This document shows, piece by piece, positions 45,134 to 55,558 of a DNA stretch of 58,076 bases. The DNA is taken from contig JAPLVG010000014.1 of assembly GCA_026397235.1 (NCBI GenBank), positions 1 through 58,076 on the forward strand, read 5' to 3'. The stretch comes from Candidatus Berkelbacteria bacterium (GTDB lineage Bacteria > Patescibacteriota > UBA1384 > XYA2-FULL-43-10 > CAINNR01). The translations under genes were made by a program, and so were the position numbers. The notes beneath the pieces are model-generated. The model ran no database searches and was not told the origin of the DNA. It saw only the letters and a list, made by a program, of their open reading frames with translations. Numbering within the stretch: the stretch's first letter is position 1; every line of letters starts with the position of its first letter.

Positions 45134-46729
45134 TTATTTGTCAATACTTTTTGCGGTTTTGATAAATTCGCGAAATAGTGGATGAGGGCGATTTGGCCGC
45201 GACTTAAATTCCGGGTGAAATTGTGACGCGACAAAGAATGGGTGATTTTTGATCTCAATTATCTCAACCAAATTTTGTTCCGGGTTGATGCCGGCAACAA
45301 TTAATCCGGCTTTTTCCAACCTGGTTCTATATTTATTATTAAATTCAAAGCGATGGCGATGGCGTTCAGAAATCATCGACTGGCCATAGGCTTTTGCGGC
45401 AATTGTGCCTGGGGTTAATTTGCATTTATAAACTCCAAGGCGCATTGTTCCGCCTTTTTCTTTGATTTTTGTTTGTGAGTTCATCAAATGAATTACCGGA
45501 TTTTTGGTTTTCGGATTGAATTCCTCGGAGTTGCAATCAGCTGTGCCTAAAACATGGCGACAGAACTCAATTGTAGCGATTTGCATTCCCAAGCAAAGCC
45601 CCAAGTAGGGAATATTATTTTCTCTGGCATATTTTGCTGTGGCAATTTTGCCTTCGATTCCACGGTTGCCAAAGCCACCGGGGACAACAATTCCGGTATA
45701 ATCTTTGAGTAGTTTTTCAGCACCCTGTTTTTCAATCTTCTCCGAATCAATCCAGCCGAGTTCCAAATCCAGATCATTCCACCAGCAAGCTGACTTTAAG
45801 GCTTCGGTAACGGAGATGTAGGTGTCGCGCATATCCATATATTTACCAACGATAGCAATTTTAATTTTCGGCTTATCAGCTTCAATTTTATCGACTAATT
45901 TTTGCCACTCGTCGTCGGATTTTTCCAATTTCAGATTCAGCTTCCTGGAAACTACGGCTCCAAGGTGAAATTTCTCCAGCAGCATCGGGACTTCGTAAAC
46001 ACAGGCCAAGGTTTCCACCGGAATTACCGCGTCCTCGTCTATACCGCAGAAAACCGATATTTTTTCTAATTGTTTTCTATCAATTGGGTGGTCGGCGCGA
46101 CAAAACACGATATCAGGTGTTATGCCATAAGTTGCAAGGTCACGGATTGAGTTTTGCATTGGTTTAGTCTTTAATTCCTGCGTAGTTTCCATCCAAGGAA
46201 AAAATCCAACATGTAAGTAGAGTGTATTTTCGGCCCCGAAATCACGACGCATTTGGCGGATTCCTTCAAGAAAATGAGCACCTTCGTAATCACCAATTGT
46301 GCCGCCAATTTCAACAATGACAATGTCCGCCTTTGATTTCTTGGCTGCTTCTAGCATTCGCTTTTTCACTTCATCGGTAACGTGCGGAATCATTTGAATC
46401 GTTTTGCCCAAATAATCGCCGCGGCGTTCATTTTCCAAAATTGCCTGATAAATTTGCCCTGACATGACCGAACTTTGGCGGCTTAAACTTTGATCGATAA
46501 ACCGTTCATAATGGCCCAAATCGAGATCGGTTTCGGCTCCATCATCAGTTACAAAACATTCGCCGTGTTCAGTTGGATTGATCGTTCCGGCATCGACATT
46601 ATAATACTGGTCGAATTTCATAATAAAAACTTTTTTGCCGTGACGCTTTAAAATATTGCCAACAGATGCGGCAATAATTCCTTTGCCCAAACCAGAAAGA
46701 ACACCACCAGTAACGAAGATGAATTTCAT
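45134..46729 (-). CDS. pyrG: CTP synthase
   Basis: MKFIFVTGGVLSGLGKGI N-terminus; GATase domain with GLCLGMQ and HRHRFEFN. Confidence 0.96.
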   Translation of the reverse strand: MKFIFVTGGVLSGLGKGIIAASVGNILKRHGKKVFIMKFDQYYNVDAGTINPTEHGECFVTDDGAETDLDLGHYERFIDQSLSRQSSVMSGQIYQAILENERRGDYLGKTIQMIPHVTDEVKKRMLEAAKKSKADIVIVEIGGTIGDYEGAHFLEGIRQMRRDFGAENTLYLHVGFFPWMETTQELKTKPMQNSIRDLATYGITPDIVFCRADHPIDRKQLEKISVFCGIDEDAVIPVETLACVYEVPMLLEKFHLGAVVSRKLNLKLEKSDDEWQKLVDKIEADKPKIKIAIVGKYMDMRDTYISVTEALKSACWWNDLDLELGWIDSEKIEKQGAEKLLKDYTGIVVPGGFGNRGIEGKIATAKYARENNIPYLGLCLGMQIATIEFCRHVLGTADCNSEEFNPKTKNPVIHLMNSQTKIKEKGGTMRLGVYKCKLTPGTIAAKAYGQSMISERHRHRFEFNNKYRTRLEKAGLIVAGINPEQNLVEIIEIKNHPFFVASQFHPEFKSRPNRPHPLFREFIKTAKSIDK

Positions 46730-46906
46730 TTTCCTCCTAAGTTACTTAGGTTACTTAAGATGCTTAAGCAACTATTAAAACGCAAAAACTCCCAGTTAGG
46801 CGCGAAAAAGTCAGGAGTTTTTTTTATTCAAACTATTCTATTATTATTTCCACAATAATATATCCTTGATAGCTTTTCAATTTTTTTTCTGCTAACTTGT
46901 GAGTTA

Positions 46907-47569
46907 ATGTTTGCCAAATTGAATTTTTTTGAAAAAAGGCTAAAAAGACTAACTGGTTTGGGCTATCTCTTGCAGCTGGCCCCTTTTGTCAAAGCGGTCA
47001 TACTAACTGGGTCAATGACAAGGGGGGATGATTCACTAGCCTCGGATATTGATCTGTTAATTATTACCTCACCGAAGCGCCTGTACACTGCCAGATTTTT
47101 TGCGACGTTCTGGACAGCCTTGACTGGTTGGCGGAGAAAACCACTGGATAAAAATCCGGCTGGGAAATTCTGTCTTAACTACTATTTATCATCCGATAAC
47201 TTAGATATCAAACCGCGCACTGCCAATTGTGCAAGACACCACCGACATCTTATTCGCATTTGGGATAGAGGTGGCGAATTAGAAAAAATCTATCGTCAGA
47301 ATTTTTGGCTTTATAACCACAACATTGAGATCGTCGATAAGGAGAAAGTTAGTAAATTAAAAAAGGTTTTTCCGCTTGACCGACTGCTAACTTTTTCTAT
47401 TCTCCGTCGACCCTGGGAGTGGATATTATCAGGTCGTATTGGTGGCAAGCTAGAGCGAGTAATGTCTAACTGGCAAATGAAAAAAATTACCAATTCAGAG
47501 CAGCATAAAGCGAACAAAAAGACAATAATCGTTCTGCCAAATGAACTGCGATCGCATCCAAAAAAATAG
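46907..47569 (+). CDS. nucleotidyltransferase (Pol-beta/MNT fold) domain protein
   Basis: LTGSMTRGDDSLASDIDLLIIT motif. Confidence 0.6.
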   Translation: MFAKLNFFEKRLKRLTGLGYLLQLAPFVKAVILTGSMTRGDDSLASDIDLLIITSPKRLYTARFFATFWTALTGWRRKPLDKNPAGKFCLNYYLSSDNLDIKPRTANCARHHRHLIRIWDRGGELEKIYRQNFWLYNHNIEIVDKEKVSKLKKVFPLDRLLTFSILRRPWEWILSGRIGGKLERVMSNWQMKKITNSEQHKANKKTIIVLPNELRSHPKK

Positions 47570-47758
47570 GATTAAGTGGCTATTTTTTAGCTTGTCCCGC
47601 ACCAGAACAAGTTCGATGCGGGACTGCGCTCGCCTGCGGCTTCGCTTGACTTTTTGAGCTCAGTTTAGTAAGTTAGATATGGCGGCACGGTTCCCCCTTC
47701 CGAGCCGCCAACTTTTCCGCCAGCTTGCACTGAACAAAGTGAAGTGGCGGTTTTTTGA

Positions 47759-47787
47759 TTGACAAAAATTGGTTTTGCTGATATTTT
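47759..47787 (+). promoter_or_regulatory. extended -10 promoter of 47819..48478
   Basis: TTGACA 47759-47764, 17-nt spacer, TG-A-TATTTT 47779-47787. Confidence 0.45.
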
Positions 47788-47818
47788 TGCAGAAGCTAGA
47801 AAAAGGGAAGTGATTACA

Positions 47819-48478
47819 ATGCCGGAGTGTCGAGTCGCTTTGCTGATCGGTGACATCTACGAAGTAAACCTGCCGGAACCGTTCACGCGGATGGCTGATG
47901 TTTTTCAGTACAAGGAGTGTAGCGATGTTGAGGAAGAGGTCTTGGTTTCAGCTGATGACAGTCTGGTGCTGAAAATCAAGGCGTTTTCTTTCAGTCAAGC
48001 TGGCGAGATTGTTCAGAAGTACATGAGCGATAACACCGACTCCTTCGTCCTCGCTAATGCGGAAAGTACGGAACAGCAGTATTCGCGAGTGGTCCGCCGG
48101 CTTGTTCGTGAAAAGCGTGGGTTGATCGTTGACCCGATCATCAACTTTAAACCGCATATCCTGGTCGCCGGCCAAACGGTGTTCTTCGAGGAACTGGTTG
48201 TGGCTGTAGCCAATGGGTCCAGTTGCGGTGCTCCCCAAGTGATTCGTTTTTCCAGCTTTTATGGTGAGTCGAAAGGATACACCAACAGAACTGCATCGGA
48301 CGTCGGATACGGTTTCGACATGATCAAAGATCTGGATATGCTGGCGGAGTTGGTTCTCGATGCTGAGGTTCTCCGATCAGCAATTTCTGGATACGAGACT
48401 TTTGCCGATGCGATTGATCGATTCAACCAAGACTTGATTGGGTCCGGTAGCAAACCGATAACCACAGTCGTACCATAA
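47819..48478 (+). CDS. hypothetical protein, G+C-rich ORFan (219 aa)
   Basis: AAGGGAAG SD before the ATG at 47819; the track TTG start at 47759 coincides with the -35 box. No family recognised. Confidence 0.5.
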   Translation: MPECRVALLIGDIYEVNLPEPFTRMADVFQYKECSDVEEEVLVSADDSLVLKIKAFSFSQAGEIVQKYMSDNTDSFVLANAESTEQQYSRVVRRLVREKRGLIVDPIINFKPHILVAGQTVFFEELVVAVANGSSCGAPQVIRFSSFYGESKGYTNRTASDVGYGFDMIKDLDMLAELVLDAEVLRSAISGYETFADAIDRFNQDLIGSGSKPITTVVP

Positions 48479-48494
48479 GTGCCCGCTAGGCTGA

Positions 48495-48526
48495 AAGGTG
48501 ATCAACTTGATCACCTTGTTTTTTTT
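48495..48526 (+). terminator. rho-independent terminator
   Basis: AAGGTGATC-AACTT-GATCACCTT followed by T8. Confidence 0.7.
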
Positions 48527-48580
48527 GGGAAGTTGCGATACAATCAAATTAGAAATGAGGAGGAAACTCCTTTTTTTGTC

Positions 48581-48629
48581 CAAGAATGGATGACGAATAT
48601 CCTAATGACTAATAACGAATAGACCAATC
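48581..48629 (+). repeat. ~47-nt repeat D, copy 1
   Basis: CAAGAATGGATGACGAATATCCTAATGACTAATAACGAATAGACCAAT; about 90% identical to 54794-54841. Confidence 0.7.
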
Positions 48630-48630
48630 G

Positions 48631-48664
48631 TAATCCGTGCCCATCCGTGTAAATAATCCGTGTA
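48631..48664. repeat. half triple-word element (TCCGTG x3)
   Basis: TAATCCGTGCCCATCCGTGTAAATAATCCGTG; a right arm only, upstream of groES. Confidence 0.5.
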
Positions 48665-48700
48665 AGAATATCATTATTAATAATTTTTTGGAGAAAAATT

Positions 48701-48976
48701 ATGTTGAAGCCACTTGGGAACAAAGTTCTGATTGAACCGTTGGAAGCGGAGGAAGTTACAAAATCAGGCATCATTTTACCTGACAGCGCCAAAGAAGAAC
48801 GAAGCGAAGGCAAAGTTATCGCCATTGGATCGGGTTTGGTTGAAGGCAAGGAGTATAAATTTTCAGTTAAAGTTGGCGACAAAGTTTTATATGGAAAATA
48901 TTCCGGTGAGGAAGTGAAAATCGACAAAAAAGATTACAAGGTTGTTAAAGAAGATGAAATTTTAGGGGTTTTATAA
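48701..48976 (+). CDS. groES: co-chaperonin GroES
   Basis: MLKPLGNKVLIEPLEAEEVTKSGIILPDSAKE...GKVIAIG. Confidence 0.95.
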   Translation: MLKPLGNKVLIEPLEAEEVTKSGIILPDSAKEERSEGKVIAIGSGLVEGKEYKFSVKVGDKVLYGKYSGEEVKIDKKDYKVVKEDEILGVL

Positions 48977-50720
<1,744 letters not shown>

Positions 50721-50756
50721 GTCCACAGATCTTTGACACAGATTGGGCACAGATAA
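50721..50756. repeat. half triple-word element (CACAGAT x3)
   Basis: GTCCACAGATCTTTGACACAGATTGGGCACAGAT; a left arm only, directly after the groEL stop. Confidence 0.5.
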
Positions 50757-50792
50757 AAAAAATCCCTTTGGAGAAATCTGAGGGGATTTTTT
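50755..50792. terminator. bidirectional terminator-like repeat F, copy 1
   Basis: A8-TCCCTTTGGAGAAATCTGAGGGGA-T6; about 85% identical, including the loop, to 51744-51780. Confidence 0.65.
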
Positions 50793-50797
50793 GTGAT

Positions 50798-50827
50798 AAA
50801 AATGACCCGAAGTTTCACCTTCGGGTC
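50798..50827 (-). terminator. rho-independent terminator of 50836..51648
   Basis: GACCCGAAG-N6-CTTCGGGTC with an A5 run on the plus strand. Confidence 0.65.
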
Positions 50828-50835
50828 ACGGACAT

Positions 50836-51648
50836 CTATTTGCAGTATGGGCAGGTTACATCGTTGTAAATTCTGGCGCAGTGGTCGCAGAGTTTTTCGT
50901 TTGGTTTCATCCAAGCCAGAACCCAGAGTTTGCCATTAGGCATCCGTTTTATCACGCCAACCCGGCGGTCAGGGGCAAACCGACCAGCGGAAATCTGGTG
51001 TTGTGATTCAGCACCATTAACACCTTCCATCCGTCGATGGAAAATGGTGGTGTCAGCAATAAAACCTTGCCGAATATTCTCCATCTCAACCAGATACTGC
51101 TGGCGTTCTTCGACCAGGTTTCCCATCCGGGCGATGAAATCACTTGCTAGTGCCGAACTGTCCTCGTAGTTTTGAACAAAATCTTGGACTTCGACATCAT
51201 CAATCCGGATTTCTTTCGGTAACTGGATTCCGCCGCAATTTAGGCTTTTTATTTCGATCTTAATCCATTTTTTCTTGGATGTCAGACCAATCATCAGCCG
51301 ATTATCAGGCGGATTACCTTCTTGAAACCAACCAAATTCTGGTTGGAAAATGCCGAAAAATTGGAACTCTTTCGGGTTCGGCATCTCGTTTCCGTTGACG
51401 AAAAGTGAAAATTCCCATTGCGGGTCAAACTCCATTGCCTCGGCGATTGAAATCCCAAACCATCTATTTGGGTGGTTGTATTTGAACTTCTTGCAGGAGC
51501 CAAGACATTCAACGTCAAACAGCTGGTCTAGTTTGATCTTGTCAAAGAGATGTCGTATTCTTTGCGGCCACTCTTCGAACCACCCAATCATCTCTGCACG
51601 CGACACTGGCTGATACGTCGTAGCATTTGGCGAGGGCATTCCCTCCAC
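50836..51648 (-). CDS. hypothetical protein with C-terminal zinc ribbon, G+C-rich ORFan (270 aa)
   Basis: TTTAGGAGGTGGAGGG SD; C-terminus CDHCARIYNDVTCPYCK. No family recognised. Confidence 0.55.
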   Translation of the reverse strand: MEGMPSPNATTYQPVSRAEMIGWFEEWPQRIRHLFDKIKLDQLFDVECLGSCKKFKYNHPNRWFGISIAEAMEFDPQWEFSLFVNGNEMPNPKEFQFFGIFQPEFGWFQEGNPPDNRLMIGLTSKKKWIKIEIKSLNCGGIQLPKEIRIDDVEVQDFVQNYEDSSALASDFIARMGNLVEERQQYLVEMENIRQGFIADTTIFHRRMEGVNGAESQHQISAGRFAPDRRVGVIKRMPNGKLWVLAWMKPNEKLCDHCARIYNDVTCPYCK

Positions 51649-51688
51649 CTCCTAAAGATTTCCTCGGGGCATTCCCCTTGGTGGCAAA

Positions 51689-51717
51689 ACCATAGCAGAA
51701 ATTTTCAGCTGATTCAA
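51689..51717 (-). promoter_or_regulatory. extended -10 promoter of 50836..51648
   Basis: Minus strand: TTGAAT, 17-nt spacer, TGC-TATGGT. Confidence 0.5.
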
Positions 51718-51743
51718 GCATTTTTTGCTTTGATGAAGAAATT

Positions 51744-51780
51744 AAAAAATCTCCAAAGAGAAATCTGCGGGGATTTTTTT
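51744..51780. terminator. bidirectional terminator-like repeat F, copy 2
   Basis: A6-TCTCCAAAGAGAAATCTGCGGGGA-T7; lies downstream of the efp/PRC-barrel operon. Confidence 0.65.
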
Positions 51781-51818
51781 GTTAGCAATAGAACAATTTA
51801 ACAATAAAGCAATGTTTT

Positions 51819-52337
51819 TTATGCCAATTCGGCGTGAGCACCAGTTGGAATCGGTTCCGGTTTAACCATTTCAAAATTGTCTTTGACGATTATTTTATGC
51901 TGTTCGATTTTAACGATTGCCGATGAGTGGATGATTCGCTGGTCGAAAAGTTTTTTCAGATAGATTCGTGTGATAGAAAGCGAGGAATTTTCAATCACAT
52001 AGTCAAAAACCGTACCTAAAAATTCACCTTTTTTAGTGTAAACTTTTTCGCCAACAATTTTTGCTCGTTTTTTAGATTTTTTGTGCAGCCTTATCATTTC
52101 TTTTGGTTCAACCAAACTTTCCACGTCTTGAATTATGAGTGCAGCCTTGGAAATATCAATAACCTCTTTGGCTGAAATATATTTTTGATGATGGATTAGA
52201 CCGTCAGTTTTGGCAATCACAGCTTCGACTTTGGTCTCATCGTCATCAATAAAAAAGTCCACAAGTTCGGCAACCCGCAACTGATTTTCTAGCTCAAAAA
52301 TTGGTAATCCAACTAGATTGGATTTTTCAATTAACAT
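51819..52337 (-). CDS. PRC-barrel domain protein (two repeats)
   Basis: LVGLPIFELENQLRVAELVDFFID and IVGEKVYTKKGEFLGTVFDYVIE resemble YlmC/YmxH-type PRC barrels. Confidence 0.45.
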   Translation of the reverse strand: MLIEKSNLVGLPIFELENQLRVAELVDFFIDDDETKVEAVIAKTDGLIHHQKYISAKEVIDISKAALIIQDVESLVEPKEMIRLHKKSKKRAKIVGEKVYTKKGEFLGTVFDYVIENSSLSITRIYLKKLFDQRIIHSSAIVKIEQHKIIVKDNFEMVKPEPIPTGAHAELA

Positions 52338-52361
52338 GGCTAAATTATACCATTTATAAAA

Positions 52362-52450
52362 GGAAGAAACTACACAGAAAGTTACACAGAAGAAACACAG
52401 AATTGTATTTTCTGTGCCATGTCTGTGTTGAGGTCTGGGTGGTTTCTACA
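52362..52450. repeat. triple-word palindromic element (CACAGA/TCTGTG)
   Basis: Located between efp and the PRC-barrel gene; termini GGAAGAAACTACACAGA ... GGTCTGGGTGGTTTCTAC. Confidence 0.75.
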
Positions 52451-52452
52451 AT

Positions 52453-53037
52453 TTAATTTGCCCGTTCAATATATGAGTTCGTTCTGGTATCAATAACAAT
52501 TTTGTCGCCGGCTTTAATGAAAAGGGGAACAGCAACTTGGCCGCCAGTCGAGATTGTTGCCATTTTTGTTACGGTTCCGGCGCTGTTTCCTTTTATCCCC
52601 GGAGGCGCATCGGTGACTTCGAAGGTCATTTTGATTGGCAGTTCAAGGCTGATTGGTTTACCTGCCCCGAGCGGAGTCGAGGGGTCCTGAAAATAAAGAA
52701 TTTCTATTGCCGAGTTTTCGGCCAAATATCCAATTTGATCGGCCAGTTGTGCTACCGGCAATTCAAATTGCTCGAAGTTTGTATTATCCATAAAAAAAGC
52801 ATTTTCATCGTCAGAGTACAAAAATTGGGCTGATTTATGCGACAGTTCAGCCGGCTCGATTTTGTCAGAACCCTGGAAGGTTTTATCGATTGTGCCAGCA
52901 GTGATTAAATTCTTCAGTTTTGTTCGCATCACGGCGCCGGAGCGACCCTGTTTTGAGTGCTGAGAAAAAGTCACGACGTACGGGTCGCCTTCAATAATAA
53001 CCTTAGTGCCAACTTTTAGGTCGGTGATTGAATACAT
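52453..53037 (-). CDS. efp: elongation factor P
   Basis: MYSITDLKVGTKVIIEGDPYVVTFSQHSKQGRSGAVMRTKLKNL; three-domain length. The tip of the modification loop is Arg (KQGRSGA). Confidence 0.93.
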   Translation of the reverse strand: MYSITDLKVGTKVIIEGDPYVVTFSQHSKQGRSGAVMRTKLKNLITAGTIDKTFQGSDKIEPAELSHKSAQFLYSDDENAFFMDNTNFEQFELPVAQLADQIGYLAENSAIEILYFQDPSTPLGAGKPISLELPIKMTFEVTDAPPGIKGNSAGTVTKMATISTGGQVAVPLFIKAGDKIVIDTRTNSYIERAN

Positions 53038-53042
53038 AATAA

Positions 53043-53132
53043 TGTAGAAACTACACAGATATTAACACAGACGAAACTCAGAAAAATCAATTCCGTGTCC
53101 AATTCTGTGTAACTATCTGTGTGGTTTCTTCA
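53043..53132. repeat. triple-word palindromic element (CACAGA/TCTGTG)
   Basis: Located between rpsR and efp; TGTAGAAACTACACAGAT ... ATCTGTGTGGTTTCTTCA. Confidence 0.75.
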
Positions 53133-53134
53133 AT

Positions 53135-53356
53135 TTATCTGCTGACGTATGGTAGTAACGCAATTTGTCTTGCTCGTTTGATCGCAGATCCAAGCTGTCG
53201 TTGATGTTTGGCGCAAACGCCGGTGCGGGAAGCCGGATCGATTTTTGACCAACGATTAATATAACGCGACAAGGTCGAGACATCTTTGTAGTCAATTTCA
53301 GCAATTTTAGTTTTGCAGAAATAGCATTTTTTCTTGTTGTGGAATCCTTCGTTCAT
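53135..53356 (-). CDS. rpsR: 30S ribosomal protein S18
   Basis: [63 protein letters not shown]. Start moved to the ATG at 53356; the track start lies in the upstream repeat. Confidence 0.9.
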   Translation of the reverse strand: MNEGFHNKKKCYFCKTKIAEIDYKDVSTLSRYINRWSKIDPASRTGVCAKHQRQLGSAIKRARQIALLPYVSR

Positions 53357-53377
53357 GTAAATCCTTATTATAATGAT

Positions 53378-53465
53378 GTGTATAGCCACAAATCTATACC
53401 ACAGATCAACACCAATGGATTCAATTTGTGAAAATTTGTGATAAAAATCTGTGGCTAGACACTAC
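53378..53465. mobile_element. ORF-less miniature (MITE-like) relative of the 38429-38872 cassette
   Basis: Termini GTGTATAGCCACAAATCTATACCACAGAT ... ATCTGTGGCTAGACACTAC match the cassette inverted repeats (GGCTAGACACTAC identical). No coding capacity. Confidence 0.55.
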
Positions 53466-53474
53466 ATTTATTTG

Positions 53475-53960
53475 TTAAAACGGTATCTCATCGATGTCTA
53501 TCTCCTCTGTCTCAGGTTTTACATCATTTTCATCTGATTTTTTTTCAGTTTTGGCAATTTCTTCAACCGGATTTTCCTGACTGTCGGCCGGCATGTCATC
53601 AGACGTTGCTGGTTTCGATCCACCACCGCGACTGCCAAGAAGAATAAAGTTTTCGGCAACGATTTCAGTTTTCTGTCTCTTGGCTCCGTCCTGGCCTTCC
53701 CATGACCGAGTTTGCAGGCGGCCTTCAACATAAACCGGCGCACCTTTTTTCAGATATTGACTGGCAGTTTCAGCCATTTTGCCCCAGAGGACAACTTCAT
53801 GAAACTCGACTTGCTCTTGCATCTCACCCGATTCTTTATTGGTCCAGCGTCTGTTGGTGGCGACCGAAAATGAAGTGACGGCTTGACCGTTGGGTGTATA
53901 GCGCATTTCCGGGTCTTTAGTTGCATTGCCGATAACCATTGCCCTGTTGAGTGAAAACAT
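53475..53960 (-). CDS. ssb: single-stranded DNA-binding protein
   Basis: OB fold (MFSLNRAMVIGNATKDPEMRYTPNGQAVTSFSVATNRRW) and acidic tail ending DIDEIPF. Confidence 0.93.
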   Translation of the reverse strand: MFSLNRAMVIGNATKDPEMRYTPNGQAVTSFSVATNRRWTNKESGEMQEQVEFHEVVLWGKMAETASQYLKKGAPVYVEGRLQTRSWEGQDGAKRQKTEIVAENFILLGSRGGGSKPATSDDMPADSQENPVEEIAKTEKKSDENDVKPETEEIDIDEIPF

Positions 53961-53983
53961 CTTACTCCTTTGACTTTAATGCT

Positions 53984-54664
53984 TTAAAGATCATCGCCTA
54001 AAAGTTCATCTAACTTTTCGTCGAGCTTTTTCATTCTTTCACTTTCATCTTCCGCCTTGGACTTATCCGTGTCAATCTGAGTGTCTTTTGTCCGTGCAGT
54101 TGAGTCTTCTTTGGATTCAACCGGTTTCTCGATTTTTTTAGCCTTGGTGATTTTCTTTTCGGGCTTCGATTTAATTTCTTCAGTTTCTGGTTTTTCTTCT
54201 TTTGTTTCGACATTCGGATTTCGGATTTCGGATTTTTCCTCTATCTCTCTGACTGCCATCAAATTTTTGGATGCTTCGGTTTCGCCCTCGACAACCTCAA
54301 AGCTTTTTTCACCAATGACTTCCTCAACAGCAGCGGCATCAACGATATCTTCCTTGGTAACTTTTAGAACTTCAGCTCGCTCAACTTTTAAGGTTGTTAG
54401 GTGACGGATAACTTGTGGAAAAACCCGGAGTTCATGATCGAGTTCGGCCAGTTTTGTTGCTTCCATTTCAAACCAAATAGTAATATAGGTCGCAAAATTT
54501 AGCTTCAAAATTGGATAGGCGAGCTTGCGTCGGCCCCAAGATTCCTCTTTGCTGACTTTCCCACCGCCGGCAACAATAAAACCAGCAACTTTGTCGGTAA
54601 TTTTTTTCAAATCAGCTTCTGCAACATCATCAGAAACTAAATAAGTAAGTTCGTACTCTCTCAT
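53984..54664 (-). CDS. rpsF: 30S ribosomal protein S6 with a ~115-aa Lys/Glu-rich C-terminal extension
   Basis: MREYELTYLVS...ESWGRRKLAYPI core. The extension contains the 30-nt repeat at 54206-54235 (SEIRNPNVE). Confidence 0.9.
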   Translation of the reverse strand: MREYELTYLVSDDVAEADLKKITDKVAGFIVAGGGKVSKEESWGRRKLAYPILKLNFATYITIWFEMEATKLAELDHELRVFPQVIRHLTTLKVERAEVLKVTKEDIVDAAAVEEVIGEKSFEVVEGETEASKNLMAVREIEEKSEIRNPNVETKEEKPETEEIKSKPEKKITKAKKIEKPVESKEDSTARTKDTQIDTDKSKAEDESERMKKLDEKLDELLGDDL

Positions 54665-54793
54665 TTTCTCCTTATGGTACTGGTTTAATTGCCCAATTAG
54701 ATCGAGCGCCAGCCCCGCAAGCGCGGGAAGTAATAATTAAATTGTGTTTTGATAATATCAAAGTCATTTACAAAAGTCAAGCGCATTCGCTCC

Positions 54794-54841
54794 ATGAATG
54801 GATGACTAATAACCAAATGACTAATAACGAATAAAACCAAT
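54794..54841 (+). repeat. ~47-nt repeat D, copy 2
   Basis: ATGAATGGATGACTAATAACCAAATGACTAATAACGAATAAAACCAAT. Confidence 0.7.
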
Positions 54842-54847
54842 ATGGGA

Positions 54848-54876
54848 TTGAAATTTTAATCCATTTCTGCTATATT
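54848..54876 (+). promoter_or_regulatory. extended -10 promoter of 54886..55362
   Basis: TTGAAA 54848-54853, 17-nt spacer, TGC-TATATT 54868-54876. Confidence 0.55.
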
Positions 54877-54885
54877 CTTGGCGAG

Positions 54886-55362
54886 GTGATGGAAATGAAG
54901 CCGAAAATCAAACCACGGCGATCAAATACGCCGCGCAAGACGAAGAAGCATGAGAGTTTCCAGATGTCGCCCTGGGTTCCCGAAAAGGGCAAGTACGAAA
55001 CGAATATTGGTACCTATCCGGTTGGCGACGACGAGCATTATGTCTACCCGATTTATGTCTGCGGACAATACAAACCGGAGCGGACGGGATTTTTTCTCCG
55101 AATCAGTCCGAGTCTGAGGGTTTTCTTTCACCACCAGTTCGGCTCAGTGGAGCTAAAGAAGCTGCCGCTGAATTTGGCTGACACTGTAGAGTTCTTGGTT
55201 GATGGCGTCGCCAGGGCATCGACAACCTTGCTTGGCAAGTTGACGCTGATGACGACCAACCGCGACGACAACATTGTATACATTGTCGCGGAAAAAATCC
55301 CAGTGCCGCCGGTAATGACCGGTTTGAAGCCAGCTAGCCAGCTGACATTATTGCCGGCCTAA
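54886..55362 (+). CDS. hypothetical basic-N-terminus protein, G+C-rich ORFan (about 155 aa)
   Basis: GAGGTG SD. Possible starts GTG 54886, ATG 54889 or ATG 54895. No family recognised. Confidence 0.5.
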   Translation: MMEMKPKIKPRRSNTPRKTKKHESFQMSPWVPEKGKYETNIGTYPVGDDEHYVYPIYVCGQYKPERTGFFLRISPSLRVFFHHQFGSVELKKLPLNLADTVEFLVDGVARASTTLLGKLTLMTTNRDDNIVYIVAEKIPVPPVMTGLKPASQLTLLPA

Positions 55363-55375
55363 ATGAAATCCTCTC

Positions 55376-55402
55376 GCGCCCAGTAGTTTGGGCGCTTTTT
55401 TT
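55376..55402 (+). terminator. rho-independent terminator
   Basis: GCGCCCA-N6-TGGGCGC followed by T7. Confidence 0.7.
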
Positions 55403-55410
55403 ATGGCGAA

Positions 55411-55483
55411 CAAACTTTAGTTTGCGAAAAAACACGCTGAAGCGTGGTCTCCAGAAGTTTTTAGATAACAGACTTTAGTTTGC
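55411..55483 (+). repeat. ~72-nt direct repeat E, copy 1
   Basis: CAAACTTTAGTTTGCGAAAAAACACGCTGAAGCGTGGTCTCCAGAA...GACTTTAGTTTGC, i.e. three small hairpins. About 90% identical to 56196-56265 over the first 45 nt. Confidence 0.75.
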
Positions 55484-55558
55484 TGAATTATTGACTTTAA
55501 AAATATTTTTGCTAAGCTGGCAGTATCGCAAAGATCAAACGAAACAGGTGAAGTTTTG

